Part shown: in pieces, positions 47,995-59,672 of the stretch
How positions within the stretch are numbered: position 1 is the stretch's first letter
How the letters are laid out: each line of letters starts with the position of its first letter
NCBI RefSeq assembly: GCF_053078305.1
Contig: NZ_CP166879.1
Direction: 5' to 3' (one strand)
Length of the DNA stretch: 64,000 nt
Notes under the pieces: model-generated
The model's input: only the letters and a program-made list of their open reading frames with translations
Told to the model about the DNA's origin: nothing
The model's database searches: none
Made by a program: the position numbers and the translations under genes

Positions 47995-50433
47995 ATGAGC
48001 ACTGATAAAGAAGAATTTTCGCTATATTGCGAAGCAAAAAATGACAAGGTCAGAAAACGCCTTGGGATTAAAGGAGGTTTTTACTGGACTACAGCAAAAA
48101 AATTATCTGTTGCCATCTCACGGTGCGTTGTTGCAATGGACGAGGCAGGCTACGACGCTGATGATTTCAAAAAACCTGTCCGCGTCCATTTCCCCGTTGT
48201 GAATGACCTTCCACCGGAAGGCGTGTTTGATACCGAATTCTGCAACCGCTATGAAAAAGGCGGGGAAGATGGCATCACAATGATATTTATAGCGCCTTCC
48301 CCCTCAGTTCAGGACAAACCAGCCAGCACTGACAATACCAACGTCAATGGCGAAGACATGGCTGAGATTGAGGATAATATGCTCCTGCCGATTTCCGGTC
48401 AGGAACTGCCCATTCGCTGGCTTGCGCAACATGGCAGCGAAAAACCGGTAACGCACGTTTCACGGGAAGAACTTCAGGCATTACATATCGCACGAGCTGA
48501 AGAACTGCCGGCTGTTACTGCCCTGGCTATTTCCCACAACACAAAGCTGCTCGACCCGCTGGAGATTCGCGACCTTCATAAACTGGTACGCGACACAGAC
48601 AAAGTTTTCCCTAATCCCGTTAATTCCAGTCTGGGGTTAATGACTGCTTTTTTCGAAGCATACCTGGACGCTGACTATACCGATCGAGGTCTGCTGACAA
48701 AAGAGTGGATGAAAGGAAATCGTGTTTCTCGCATCACCCGCACGGCTTCCGGTGCAAATGCCGGTGGCGGAAATAAAACCGATCGTAATCCTGACTTAGT
48801 ACACACCCTCGATACTCTGGATGTGGAGGCTGCAGCAGCCACACTTCCGATGGATTTTAATATTTATGAAATACCCGTGAGCGTTTATCGTCGCGCAAAA
48901 GAAATCGTCCTGAAAAAAGAAAGTCCGTTCAGGGAATGGTCCGCAGCACTTCGCGCAACCCCTGGTATCCTGGACTATTCCCGCGCAGCTATTTTTGCAC
49001 TTATCCGGAGCGCCCACCCTGAGTTTTATCACTACCCGGGACGCCTTCAGGGGTATATCAATGCCAACCTGACAGAAACTGATCACGAGAATCCCACAGC
49101 TGAAACGCTCATGGCTGCCCGGCATACACCGGAAAAAGATATCCTGGAAGAAATTAACGGCGGACTGGCTGCTGAGTGCAAAACAGAAGAAGAAAAAAAT
49201 GATGAAGAAAACCCGCAACCATCTGGCGCAATGGCAGATGAACAGGCAACGGCTGAAACAATGGCAGCGGATACAGTTGAACATCATCAGGACCCGCAGC
49301 CGCTGGATGACAAGTCACAGGTAAAAGTTACTGCTGAAGAAGTAAATAAAATTATGGAGGCAGCAGACATCAGTCGACCAGATGCCGACAAATTGCTTGC
49401 CGCTTCTCGTGGTGAGTTTGTTGAAGGGATTAGCGACCCGAATGATTCGAAATGGGTTAAGGGGATTGAAACCTGCGATTCTGTGAACCAGAACCAGCAA
49501 GAAACGGAACAGAACGGTCAGAAAGCGGAACAAAACAGCCCAAATGCGTTACAAAACGAGCCAGAAACGAAACAACCTGAACCAGTAGTGCAACAGGAAG
49601 AGGAAAAAGTTTGTACCGCATGCAATCAGACTGGTGGTGGTAACTGCCCTGATTGTGGCGCAGTGATGGGGGACGCAACCTACCAGGAGACATTCAACGA
49701 AGAAAGCCAGGATGAAGCCCGGGAAAAAGATCCGGAGGAAATGGAAAGTGCCGGACTCCCGAACAAGGAGTGCACCGAAGGCGATCAACATGCCAATGGC
49801 AATAATGAAACAGGCGAGACAGCAAATCCCTTAATTAAGGTGAACGGTCATCGTGAAATCACATCCACCAGCAGGTTATGGCACCATCTGATGATTGACC
49901 TTGAAACAATGGGCAAAAATCCTGACGCACCAATAGCCTCAATAGGCGCTGTATTTTTCGATCCACAAACCGGAGAGCAGGGGCCTGAATTCAGCAAAAT
50001 AATTGATATGGGTACATGTGGCGGCACTGTAGACATAAGCACCATCGAATGGTGGCTTCAACGCTCTGGCGAAGCCCGTGCCGCCATTTTAGCTGATCGA
50101 ATACCGCTTGATGATGCGCTTTTACAATTACGGGAATTTATAGACGAAAACTCCGGTGAGTTTTTTGTTCAGGTCTGGGGAAATGGAGCCAACTTCGACA
50201 ACGTGATTTTACGCCGTTCATATGAACGGCAGGAGATCCCCTGCCCGTGGCGTTACACCAATGATCGTGATGTAAGAACGATTGTTGCCCTGGGGCTGGT
50301 GATGGATTTCGATGCTCGAAGTGTCATCACATTTGAGGGTGAACGCCATAATGCCCTGCACGATGCGCGTTACCAGGCAAAATACGTTTCAGCTATCTGG
50401 CAAAAACTGTTCCCGAATCAGGCTGATTTTTAA
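47995..50433 (+). CDS. Large early-left protein: RecE-like N-terminal region + acidic linker + Cys4 zinc ribbon + C-terminal DEDDh 3'-5' exonuclease domain
   Basis: C-terminus MIDLETMG ... WGNGANFDN ... [10 protein letters not shown] (Exo I-III motifs); [16 protein letters not shown]; N-terminal blocks recalled as RecE-like. Confidence 0.6.
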   Translation: MSTDKEEFSLYCEAKNDKVRKRLGIKGGFYWTTAKKLSVAISRCVVAMDEAGYDADDFKKPVRVHFPVVNDLPPEGVFDTEFCNRYEKGGEDGITMIFIAPSPSVQDKPASTDNTNVNGEDMAEIEDNMLLPISGQELPIRWLAQHGSEKPVTHVSREELQALHIARAEELPAVTALAISHNTKLLDPLEIRDLHKLVRDTDKVFPNPVNSSLGLMTAFFEAYLDADYTDRGLLTKEWMKGNRVSRITRTASGANAGGGNKTDRNPDLVHTLDTLDVEAAAATLPMDFNIYEIPVSVYRRAKEIVLKKESPFREWSAALRATPGILDYSRAAIFALIRSAHPEFYHYPGRLQGYINANLTETDHENPTAETLMAARHTPEKDILEEINGGLAAECKTEEEKNDEENPQPSGAMADEQATAETMAADTVEHHQDPQPLDDKSQVKVTAEEVNKIMEAADISRPDADKLLAASRGEFVEGISDPNDSKWVKGIETCDSVNQNQQETEQNGQKAEQNSPNALQNEPETKQPEPVVQQEEEKVCTACNQTGGGNCPDCGAVMGDATYQETFNEESQDEAREKDPEEMESAGLPNKECTEGDQHANGNNETGETANPLIKVNGHREITSTSRLWHHLMIDLETMGKNPDAPIASIGAVFFDPQTGEQGPEFSKIIDMGTCGGTVDISTIEWWLQRSGEARAAILADRIPLDDALLQLREFIDENSGEFFVQVWGNGANFDNVILRRSYERQEIPCPWRYTNDRDVRTIVALGLVMDFDARSVITFEGERHNALHDARYQAKYVSAIWQKLFPNQADF

Positions 50434-50499
50434 TGTTCAACCCATATCGCCGCCCACAAGCTATAGTGGCGGCGGTCATGCTGTAAGGCACGTGACCAC

Positions 50500-50751
50500 A
50501 TGTACGAATTAACTCTATCGCCAGCAGAAATTCAAGAGATCACGAGATACGAACGGTATACAAAACAGCAACAACAGTTAAGGTTGCACGGTATCCCATT
50601 TGTACCCGGTCCTAAAAACGAACCAATAGTTCTTCGCAGTGATGTCCCGCGCGGACTGACTGCGATACCGAAAGTATCTGAACTGGTTTCTGCTGACCCC
50701 GATTTTGAGGCGCTGAACAATGGGAAGACCAAGAAAAAACAAAAAAGATAA
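50500..50751 (+). CDS. xis: Putative excisionase
   Basis: Small basic protein immediately upstream of and overlapping int. Confidence 0.5.
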   Translation: MYELTLSPAEIQEITRYERYTKQQQQLRLHGIPFVPGPKNEPIVLRSDVPRGLTAIPKVSELVSADPDFEALNNGKTKKKQKR

Positions 50752-51739
50752 TGCACTACCGCCACGTGTTAGATCGAATGGTTACAGTTACGTATGGAAA
50801 CCCGAAGGAAGCACAAAAACTATAGGGCTAGGAAGAGTGCGGGAAACCAGCATAGCTAAAGTCTGGCAGAATTATGAACTGGAAAAAGCAAAACGCCACA
50901 ACATAATGACCGTCGCTAAATTATGGCACATGTTTATGGATTCCCCCGCATTTACAGAACTGGCCCCCAGAACCCAAAAAGATTATCGGCAACATCAGAG
51001 GGCGTTACTGGCAGTCTTCGGAAAAGTACTGGCTGATAATGTAAAAATTGAGCAGGTAAGAATTTTCATGGATAAACGGGGGATTGAGAGCAAGACCCAG
51101 GCAAACCATGAACTGGCAAGTCTCAGTCGTGTATACGGGTGGGGATATGAGCGTGGATATGTGAAGAATAACCCATGCAAAGGAGTCAGGAAATTTACGC
51201 TTAAAGCCCGCACTGTTTACATCACAGATGAACAGTATGCGGCGATATATGCGGAAGCAATACCACAGTTACGCATTGCAATGGAGATATCCTATCTTTG
51301 TGCGGCAAGACTCGGTGATGTGCTCGAGCTGAAATGGCAGGATATTATGGATAAAGGAATCTACATTGAGCAAAACAAGACCGGCACCAAACAAATCAAG
51401 GAATGGTCTCCACGATTACGAACCGCGATCCAGTTAGCCAGAAATGTATCTTCAGGCACATGTGAATATGTGATCAACACAACCAAGGGCGGGAAGGTCA
51501 TAGCTAAAACGCTAAACAACTGGTGGAACCAGGCTAAACACGCAGCCGAGAAAAAATCCGGCGTCCCGTTTGGGTGCAATTTCCATGACATAAAAGCCAA
51601 AGGAATATCAGATTACGAAGGAAGCAGTCGCGACAAACAGATTTTCAGTGGACATAAAACAGAAAATCAGGTGTTGATTTATGATCGTAAAACAAAAATC
51701 ACGCCGACACTGGATTTGCCACTTGTGGTCAGCAAGTAG
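50720..51739 (+). CDS. int: Tyrosine integrase
   Basis: 339 aa; catalytic R (AARLGDV), H-x-x-K and terminal HKTENQVLIYDRK (Tyr) motifs; adjacent to attR. Confidence 0.85.
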   Translation: MGRPRKNKKDNALPPRVRSNGYSYVWKPEGSTKTIGLGRVRETSIAKVWQNYELEKAKRHNIMTVAKLWHMFMDSPAFTELAPRTQKDYRQHQRALLAVFGKVLADNVKIEQVRIFMDKRGIESKTQANHELASLSRVYGWGYERGYVKNNPCKGVRKFTLKARTVYITDEQYAAIYAEAIPQLRIAMEISYLCAARLGDVLELKWQDIMDKGIYIEQNKTGTKQIKEWSPRLRTAIQLARNVSSGTCEYVINTTKGGKVIAKTLNNWWNQAKHAAEKKSGVPFGCNFHDIKAKGISDYEGSSRDKQIFSGHKTENQVLIYDRKTKITPTLDLPLVVSK

Positions 51740-51880
51740 GCAACTCAGGAAATTTTCTGGCAAAAAAGACTTGGTATACTAACTCTGAAAGCTCCCTAAC
51801 AGCCTGATTTTTCTAGGTGTTAAGTTTGGTTAATTTTTCAGCTATTTTTCGTATTGCATTGATTTTTATTTATTTTTCAT

Positions 51881-51940
51881 CGGTCTTGAAAACCGGCGAC
51901 CCGAAAGGGTTCCAGAGTTCGAATCTCTGCGCTTCCGCCA
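51881..51940 (+). repeat. attR core: 60-bp direct repeat (displaced serT 3' fragment)
   Basis: Identical to 1888-1947. Confidence 0.85.
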
Positions 51941-51946
51941 GATAAG

Positions 51947-51985
51947 ATAAGGGGTTAGCTAAATGCTAACCCCTTTTTCTTTTGC
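51947..51985 (+). terminator. Rho-independent terminator (likely the original serT terminator)
   Basis: aggggttagc-taaat-gctaacccct perfect hairpin + T-tract. Confidence 0.6.
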
Positions 51986-52146
51986 CTGTCGAAATTCTCA
52001 GGGCGTTATATTTGCTTAATGACCTGATAATCCGCTGTTAAACCTGTTCCAGATCAAATGCGTAAAGATGGGTAAAACTTCTGGGTGCCCTTACGCATTA
52101 TCATTATGCTGCTTAATTAATTACATCTGTCATAGAGAGTGACTCA

Positions 52147-52806
52147 ATGGATCGTATTGTTAGTTCTTCACATGACCGTACATCACTGCTTAGCACCCAT
52201 AAGGTGCTGCGTAATACCTATTTTCTGCTGAGCCTGACGCTGGCCTTTTCGGCGATTACCGCAACTGCCAGTACGGTGCTGATGCTGCCATCTCCGGGTC
52301 TGATTCTGACGCTGGTGGGTATGTATGGTTTGATGTTCCTGACCTATAAAACGGCGAATAAGCCGACCGGGATTATCTCCGCATTCGCCTTTACCGGTTT
52401 TCTGGGTTATATCCTCGGACCAATTCTGAACACCTATCTGTCTGCCGGAATGGGTGACGTAATCGCTATGGCACTGGGCGGAACGGCGTTAGTGTTCTTC
52501 TGCTGCTCTGCATATGTGCTGACCACCCGCAAAGATATGTCGTTCCTCGGCGGTATGCTGATGGCGGGTATTGTGGTGGTGCTGATTGGTATGGTTGCTA
52601 ATATCTTCCTGCAACTGCCTGCTCTGCATCTGGCGATCAGCGCGGTCTTCATTTTGATCTCCTCTGGCGCTATTTTGTTTGAAACCAGCAACATCATTCA
52701 TGGCGGTGAAACGAACTATATTCGTGCCACGGTTAGCCTGTATGTTTCGCTGTACAACATCTTCGTCAGCCTGCTGAGCATTCTGGGCTTCGCCAGCCGC
52801 GATTAA
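52147..52806 (+). CDS. yccA: Inner-membrane protein YccA (BAX inhibitor-1 family, FtsH modulator)
   Basis: [34 protein letters not shown]... Confidence 0.9.
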   Translation: MDRIVSSSHDRTSLLSTHKVLRNTYFLLSLTLAFSAITATASTVLMLPSPGLILTLVGMYGLMFLTYKTANKPTGIISAFAFTGFLGYILGPILNTYLSAGMGDVIAMALGGTALVFFCCSAYVLTTRKDMSFLGGMLMAGIVVVLIGMVANIFLQLPALHLAISAVFILISSGAILFETSNIIHGGETNYIRATVSLYVSLYNIFVSLLSILGFASRD

Positions 52807-52896
52807 TCTCACCCGCTAACACTTTCATAGCCTCGCTTTATGCGGGGCTTTGTTTTTTGTTACACTGCCGGCAGTCTGATTAAGGTAGTAATAATT

Positions 52897-53226
52897 ATGC
52901 TGATCTTCGAAGGTAAAGAGATAGAAACGGATACCGAAGGCTATCTCAAAGAAAGCAGCCAGTGGAGTGAGCCGCTGGCAGTGGTGATTGCAGAGAACGA
53001 AGGGATTTCGCTGTCGCCAGAACACTGGGAAGTGGTGCGTTTTGTGCGTGATTTCTATCTGGAATTTAATACGTCTCCGGCGATTCGTATGCTGGTAAAA
53101 GCGATGGCGAATAAATTTGGCGAAGAAAAAGGTAACAGCCGCTATTTATACCGACTGTTTCCGAAAGGTCCGGCTAAGCAAGCCACCAAAATTGCTGGCC
53201 TGCCAAAACCGGTAAAATGTATTTAA
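52897..53226 (+). CDS. tusE: Sulfurtransferase TusE
   Basis: [36 protein letters not shown]... Confidence 0.9.
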
Positions 53227-53501
53227 CGGATACGAAAATCGGTTAATTCACCCGAGGGATGATGCGGCTCGCTGAGCACCCGTTCTACACGCGCAGAACG
53301 CGGGCCGCCACTCTTTAACCACTGCATTAATTTTTCTACCTGCCCTTCTTCACCGCAAGCAACCACTTCCACGCTGCCATCGTCAAGATTTTTGGCGTAC
53401 CCGCTTAACCCGAGTTTTTTCGCTTCGTACTGCGTGGTATAGCGAAATCCTACGCCCTGAACTCGCCCGTAAACCCAGGCAATTATGCAGACTTTCGACA
53501 T
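53223..53501 (-). CDS. yccX: Acylphosphatase
   Basis: [32 protein letters not shown]...; start trimmed to ATG at 53501. Confidence 0.9.
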
Positions 53502-53595
53502 TGCTGCTCTCCTTATCCTTAATGGACGCGTTGCAAATCCATGGAAAACTCCGGACAATGACGCCCATTTCTTTGCATCGACAGAAAAGTAAATT

Positions 53596-54786
53596 ATGAG
53601 TGTACGTTTAGTGTTAGCCAAAGGGCGCGAAAAATCATTACTTCGTCGCCATCCGTGGGTCTTTTCCGGGGCCGTTGCCCGCATGGAAGGTAAAGCCAGC
53701 CTCGGTGAAACCATCGATATTGTTGATCATCAGGGAAAATGGTTAGCACGCGGCGCTTATTCGCCAGCTTCGCAAATCCGGGCGCGCGTCTGGACGTTTG
53801 ACCCGTCTGAGTCTATCGACATTGCTTTTTTTTCCCGCCGTTTGCAACAAGCACAAAAATGGCGTGACTGGCTGGCGCAAAAAGATGGCCTCGACAGCTA
53901 TCGTTTAATCGCCGGTGAATCTGATGGCCTGCCGGGTATTACTATCGATCGTTTCGGTAATTTTCTGGTGCTGCAACTGCTGAGTGCTGGGGCAGAGTAT
54001 CAGCGCGCGGCATTAATTAGTGCCCTGCAAACGCTGTACCCGGAATGTGCGATTTACGATCGCAGCGATGTTGCGGTACGTAAAAAAGAAGGGATGGAGC
54101 TGACCCAGGGCCCCGTCACCGGCGAGTTGCCGCCTGCCCTGCTGCCGATTGAAGAACACGGCATGAAGCTGCTGGTGGATATTCAGCACGGACACAAAAC
54201 GGGCTACTACCTGGACCAGCGTGATAGTCGCCTGGCTACCCGCCGCTACGTTGAAAATAAACGCGTACTGAACTGTTTCTCCTATACCGGTGGTTTCGCC
54301 GTATCGGCACTGATGGGCGGTTGCAGCCAGGTTGTCAGCGTTGATACCTCCCAGGAAGCGCTGGATATTGCACGGCAGAACGTTGAGCTGAACAAACTGG
54401 ATCTGAGCAAGGCGGAGTTTGTCCGTGATGATGTCTTTAAATTGCTGCGTACTTATCGCGATCGCGGTGAAAAATTTGACGTTATCGTGATGGACCCGCC
54501 GAAGTTTGTTGAGAATAAAAGCCAGTTGATGGGCGCGTGTCGTGGCTATAAAGACATCAACATGCTGGCGATTCAGTTGCTGAATGAAGGCGGTATTCTC
54601 CTGACTTTCTCCTGTTCCGGTCTGATGACCAGCGATTTATTTCAGAAAATCATCGCGGATGCCGCAATTGATGCCGGCCGTGATGTACAATTTATAGAGC
54701 AGTTCCGTCAGGCAGCCGATCATCCGGTGATCGCTACCTACCCGGAAGGGCTATATCTGAAAGGGTTTGCCTGTCGCGTCATGTAA
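53596..54786 (+). CDS. rlmI: 23S rRNA m5C1962 methyltransferase RlmI
   Basis: [27 protein letters not shown]...; 396 aa. Confidence 0.9.
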   Translation: MSVRLVLAKGREKSLLRRHPWVFSGAVARMEGKASLGETIDIVDHQGKWLARGAYSPASQIRARVWTFDPSESIDIAFFSRRLQQAQKWRDWLAQKDGLDSYRLIAGESDGLPGITIDRFGNFLVLQLLSAGAEYQRAALISALQTLYPECAIYDRSDVAVRKKEGMELTQGPVTGELPPALLPIEEHGMKLLVDIQHGHKTGYYLDQRDSRLATRRYVENKRVLNCFSYTGGFAVSALMGGCSQVVSVDTSQEALDIARQNVELNKLDLSKAEFVRDDVFKLLRTYRDRGEKFDVIVMDPPKFVENKSQLMGACRGYKDINMLAIQLLNEGGILLTFSCSGLMTSDLFQKIIADAAIDAGRDVQFIEQFRQAADHPVIATYPEGLYLKGFACRVM

Positions 54787-55161
<375 letters not shown>

Positions 55162-55205
55162 TCCCTGAACAAATCCCCGGAAGGTTTTTGCCTTCCGGGG
55201 ATTTT

Positions 55206-55619
55206 TTATTTGGCCAGGCCCAGGCGAGGGATCTCAATAGCCGGGCAGCGATCCATCACCACATTCAACCCGGCATCCCGTGCCAGTACTGCCGCTTGCT
55301 CATTAATCACCCCCAGTTGCATCCAGAGGGTTTTCGCGCCAATGGCAATAGCTTCCTGTGCCACGCCCCACGCCGCTTCTGAATTACGGAAAACATCGAC
55401 CATATCGACCTTTTCCGGAACGTCTGCCAGCGTGCCGTACCCCTGCTGGCCCAGCAGCGTTTTGCCGGCAACTTTTGGCGAAACCGGAATGACGTGATAC
55501 CCCTGGTCGAGTAGATATTTCATCACGCGATAGCTGGGACGATCGGGTTTGTCGCTTGCCCCCACCAGCGCAATGGTGTGAGTGGACGTTAAAATGCCTG
55601 CAATATCGGTTTCTTTCAT
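55206..55619 (-). CDS. yccU: CoA-binding protein YccU
   Basis: [41 protein letters not shown]... Confidence 0.9.
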   Translation of the reverse strand: MKETDIAGILTSTHTIALVGASDKPDRPSYRVMKYLLDQGYHVIPVSPKVAGKTLLGQQGYGTLADVPEKVDMVDVFRNSEAAWGVAQEAIAIGAKTLWMQLGVINEQAAVLARDAGLNVVMDRCPAIEIPRLGLAK

Positions 55620-55791
55620 TATTTCCTCCAGACTGTTTCACAAAGTGTACGACAAAGCCGACATGCCAACCATGCAGCTAATACGAATGAATGAGAGCAA
55701 AAGCGGGAAATATGTCTATATGTTAGTAAGTATGATTAAAGAAAAATTTTGACACATTATTATTCGGGCGGTCTTTTGACAGGAGCTACCT

Positions 55792-56454
55792 ATGAAAACC
55801 GGCATCGTGACCACCTTGATTGCATTATGTTTGCCGGTATCCGTTTTTGCCACCACGCTGCGGCTTTCAACCGATGTCGATCTTCTGGTACTCGACGGCA
55901 AGAAGGTCTCCAGCTCTCTGCTGCGCGGTGCGGACAGCATTGAACTGGATAATGGACCGCATCAGTTAGTGTTTCGCGTTGAGAAGACGATTCATCTTTC
56001 CAATAGTGAAGAACGGCTGTATATCTCCCCACCGCTGGTGGTCAGTTTTAATACCCAGCTCATCAACCAGGTCAATTTTCGCCTGCCTCGCCTGGAGAAT
56101 GAGCGGGAAGCTAACCATTTTGATGCCGCGCCGCGCCTTGAATTGTTGGATGGCGATGCGACGCCGATTCCGGTAAAGCTGGATATTCTCGCCATTACCT
56201 CAACGGCAAAAACGATTGATTATGAGGTCGAGGTTGAACGCTATAACAAATCCGCGAAACGCGCTTCACTACCGCAATTTGCCACGATGATGGCAGATGA
56301 CAGTACGCTGCTTTCGGGTGTTTCCGAGCTGGATGCTATTCCACCGCAGTCTCAGGTGCTCACAGAACAACGGCTGAAGTATTGGTTTAAACTGGCTGAC
56401 CCACAAACGCGAAATACTTTCCTGCAGTGGGCGGAAAAACAACCATCTTCCTGA
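55792..56454 (+). CDS. yccT: UPF0319 protein YccT
   Basis: [34 protein letters not shown]... Confidence 0.85.
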
Positions 56455-56549
56455 GATTTTTGTGCCTGTGCGCAGGCTTTTTCGGTCTTTAACTTGCAGC
56501 GATAAGTGCTTACAGTAATCTGTAGGAAAGTTAACTACGGATGTACATT

Positions 56550-57008
56550 ATGGAACTGACGACTCGCACTTTACCTGCGCGGAAACATATTGCGCTGGTG
56601 GCACACGATCACTGCAAACAAATGCTGATGAGCTGGGTGGAACGACATCAACCGTTACTGGAACAACACGTACTGTATGCAACAGGCACTACCGGTAACT
56701 TAATTTCTCGCGCGACCGGCATGAACGTCAACGCGATGTTGAGTGGCCCAATGGGGGGTGACCAGCAGGTTGGCGCATTGATCTCAGAAGGGAAAATTGA
56801 TGTATTGATTTTCTTCTGGGATCCACTAAATGCCGTGCCGCACGATCCTGACGTGAAAGCCTTGCTGCGTCTGGCGACGGTATGGAACATTCCGGTCGCC
56901 ACCAACGTGGCAACGGCAGACTTCATTATCCAGTCGCCGCATTTCAACGACGCGGTCGATATTCTGATCCCCGATTATCAGCGTTATCTCGCGGACCGTC
57001 TGAAGTAA
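56550..57008 (+). CDS. mgsA: Methylglyoxal synthase
   Basis: [34 protein letters not shown]... Confidence 0.9.
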
Positions 57009-57039
57009 TATTGCACAGGTGGCAAACGCCACCTGTTTC

Positions 57040-59094
57040 TTACGGTTTTCTCGCCACCGGCACATCCAGATTTTTCAGTATTTCCACAAAGGGAGAGGGA
57101 TTCTCTTTGTTAAACAGTGCCCATACCCGATGGCGTGCCCGGGTCAGCGCCACGTACATTAACCGCCGTTCTTCAGCGTCCGGGAAATCCTCAACCGGTG
57201 GCAGTAGCGCCTCTTCCATAATCGACTCCCGCGCCGCAGCCGGAAAACCATCACTTCCCTCCTGCAAGCCAACGATGATGACGTAATCCGCCTGTTGCCC
57301 TTTGCTGGCATGAATGGTCATAAAGTCGATTTGCAACTTCGGCCAGCGTGTTGCCGCTTTTTCCAGGCTGGCAGGCCTCATGTGATGGTAACGCGCCAGG
57401 ATCAGAATGCGCTCTTCCGGTTTGGCATAACCAGAGAGCTTATCCAGCAAAGCGTCAAGATGGCTCTCATCCAATAACGTGACGGCTTTTTTGTCTCCAT
57501 TGGTTAAGCTGTTTAGCGGCTTTTTCAGCTGGCCTGGGTTCTGCTGAATAAACCGGTTTGCCACCTCACCGATACGACTGTTAAAACGGTAAGTCGTGTC
57601 TAAATCGCAGCGATCGCCTTCACCAAAGTTTTCATGGAAAGCGGTGGTGAGCGACATTTGCGCACCGCTGAATCGGTAAATCGCCTGCCAGTCATCACCA
57701 ACGGCGAACAACGTCGTCTGACTGTTTTGCTTGCGTAATGCCGCTAACAACGCTGCCCGCTGCGGCGAGATATCCTGAAATTCATCAACCAGAATATGCT
57801 TCCACGGGCTGATAAAGCGACCTTTCTCCAGAATCACAATCGCCTGGTGAATAAGGCCCGAAAAATCGACAGCGTTTTCTGCCTTCAGCGCACCTTTCCA
57901 GGCTTTTAATAACGGAGCCATCAACTTGATACGTTTACTGAACAGATCGCGAATCTCTTCGGGTGCACTGGCAATCATTTCTGCCTGTGCACCACCGTGC
58001 ATCCGCATCAGACTTACCCAACGATCGAGGCGTGAGGCAAGACGACGCTGTAATTTTTCATCATCCCAGAAGTTACCTTCTGGCACTGACCACTGCATTT
58101 CTTCCGTCAGCCATTGCCGCCAGCCCTTCGCCTGCGCTTTCTTTTCGCTGCATTGCTTGCGCCACTCAGCAATAAAGAGTTCATGACGGGCAGCGGTATC
58201 ATTTTCCAGTTTGCTGACTATCGGAACTTTTTTGCTGCCCTGCTGAATAATATGCAGCGCCAGCGCATGAAACGTGCGTGCGGTAATGTCTTCGGTATGT
58301 AGCCGTTCGCGAATACGCTCGTCCATCTCTTCAGCGGCTTTGCGACCAAACGCCAGCAATAAAATTTGCTCAGGGGACGCTTCACCACGCGCCAGCAACC
58401 AGCCTGCACGGGCCACCAGCACCGACGTTTTTCCGCTTCCTGCACCTGCCAGCACTAACAGAGAATGCTCGCCATTAACGACTGCCCGGGCCTGCGCCGG
58501 ATTCAGCGGTGAAGACTCGACCTGGCGGAAAAAATCCGCATACTCGGTAAGCATGGCTTCGGTATACGCCTGGTTATGCTGCAACCGAGCGCTTTCAATA
58601 TCTTTCAACCAGGCCTGACATTTACGCCACGCCTCACGGCAGTTATCGAATTCTTCCAGTCGGTTAACCGGCAACGGCAACGCCGACAAAGCCTGGCGGA
58701 TTTGTTGCTGAACGCCAGAGGTTTGCTCACGCGTCAGCCATTTATTTTCTCCAGTGCGCGTGGCAATCAAATCCAGTTGCTGGCGTAAAACACCAGACGC
58801 AATTTCGCTCATCTCGCCACTCCACCGCCGCCAGTGAGCATCAAGATGATGGTAAAAACGCTGCGTCTCGCCCCATTCGGTGCCGTGCAAACGCACCACT
58901 TTTTCGTCCGGCAGTACAAATTCCAGCTCGCCCCATACCAGACCGCGCTTACAGTGAATCGCCAGTAATTGATTGAAAGGAATAAGGTATTCGTGGCGAT
59001 CGCCGGAGACTTTAATACCGGCATTGAGGATCACCGCCCGATCGTAAGGGTGCTGTGCCAGACGTTTTCCAAGCGTTGTCGCTTTCAGTTCCAT
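57040..59094 (-). CDS. helD: DNA helicase IV
   Basis: MELKATTLGKRLAQHPYDRAVILNAGIK...; Walker A LAGAGSGKTSVL; start trimmed to ATG at 59094. Confidence 0.9.
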   Translation of the reverse strand: MELKATTLGKRLAQHPYDRAVILNAGIKVSGDRHEYLIPFNQLLAIHCKRGLVWGELEFVLPDEKVVRLHGTEWGETQRFYHHLDAHWRRWSGEMSEIASGVLRQQLDLIATRTGENKWLTREQTSGVQQQIRQALSALPLPVNRLEEFDNCREAWRKCQAWLKDIESARLQHNQAYTEAMLTEYADFFRQVESSPLNPAQARAVVNGEHSLLVLAGAGSGKTSVLVARAGWLLARGEASPEQILLLAFGRKAAEEMDERIRERLHTEDITARTFHALALHIIQQGSKKVPIVSKLENDTAARHELFIAEWRKQCSEKKAQAKGWRQWLTEEMQWSVPEGNFWDDEKLQRRLASRLDRWVSLMRMHGGAQAEMIASAPEEIRDLFSKRIKLMAPLLKAWKGALKAENAVDFSGLIHQAIVILEKGRFISPWKHILVDEFQDISPQRAALLAALRKQNSQTTLFAVGDDWQAIYRFSGAQMSLTTAFHENFGEGDRCDLDTTYRFNSRIGEVANRFIQQNPGQLKKPLNSLTNGDKKAVTLLDESHLDALLDKLSGYAKPEERILILARYHHMRPASLEKAATRWPKLQIDFMTIHASKGQQADYVIIVGLQEGSDGFPAAARESIMEEALLPPVEDFPDAEERRLMYVALTRARHRVWALFNKENPSPFVEILKNLDVPVARKP

Positions 59095-59216
59095 GACTCT
59101 GTAGATCCACACGAAATTATTTCTTATCAGTGTAACCGTCAGAGAAAACGTGCTCCAGCCCAAAAAAACGTTACAATTGCCGCCCATTACTGAAAACCAC
59201 AGTAAAGCGAGGTTTT

Positions 59217-59663
59217 ATGCGTACCGTTTTGAACATTCTGAACTTTGTGCTTGGCGGATTTGCCACCACTCTGGGCTGGCTGTTGGCGACTCTGGTCAGT
59301 ATTGTGCTGATTTTTACCTTACCGCTGACACGATCCTGCTGGGAGATCACTAAACTGTCTCTGGTGCCTTATGGCAATGAAGCTATTCATGTCGATGAAC
59401 TGAACCCGGCTGGCAAAAATGTGCTGCTGAATACTGGCGGTACGGTATTGAATATTTTCTGGCTGATTTTCTTTGGCTGGTGGTTATGCCTGATGCACAT
59501 TGCAACGGGCATCGCACAATGTATTTCCATCATTGGCATTCCTGTCGGTATTGCGAACTTTAAAATTGCCGCTATTGCACTATGGCCGGTTGGTCGTCGC
59601 GTGGTATCGGTAGAAACAGCGCAAGCTGCGCGTGAAGCCAATGCACGTCGTCGTTTTGAATAA
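59217..59663 (+). CDS. yccF: Inner membrane protein YccF
   Basis: MRTVLNILNFVLGGFATTLGWLLATLVSIVLIF... Confidence 0.9.
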   Translation: MRTVLNILNFVLGGFATTLGWLLATLVSIVLIFTLPLTRSCWEITKLSLVPYGNEAIHVDELNPAGKNVLLNTGGTVLNIFWLIFFGWWLCLMHIATGIAQCISIIGIPVGIANFKIAAIALWPVGRRVVSVETAQAAREANARRRFE

Positions 59664-59672
59664 TCCACTAAT

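Larger units (their letters stand above)
1948..51940. mobile_element. Lambda-like cos prophage (~50 kb) integrated at serT 3' end
   Basis: Flanked by 60-bp direct repeats; integrase/excisionase at right end; full lambda-like structural module; host synteny serT-yccA broken relative to K-12. Confidence 0.9.

Noticed and set aside
48796-50045. Several 60-160-aa ORFs on the minus strand
   Set aside because: All are antisense within the 812-aa exonuclease-like gene.
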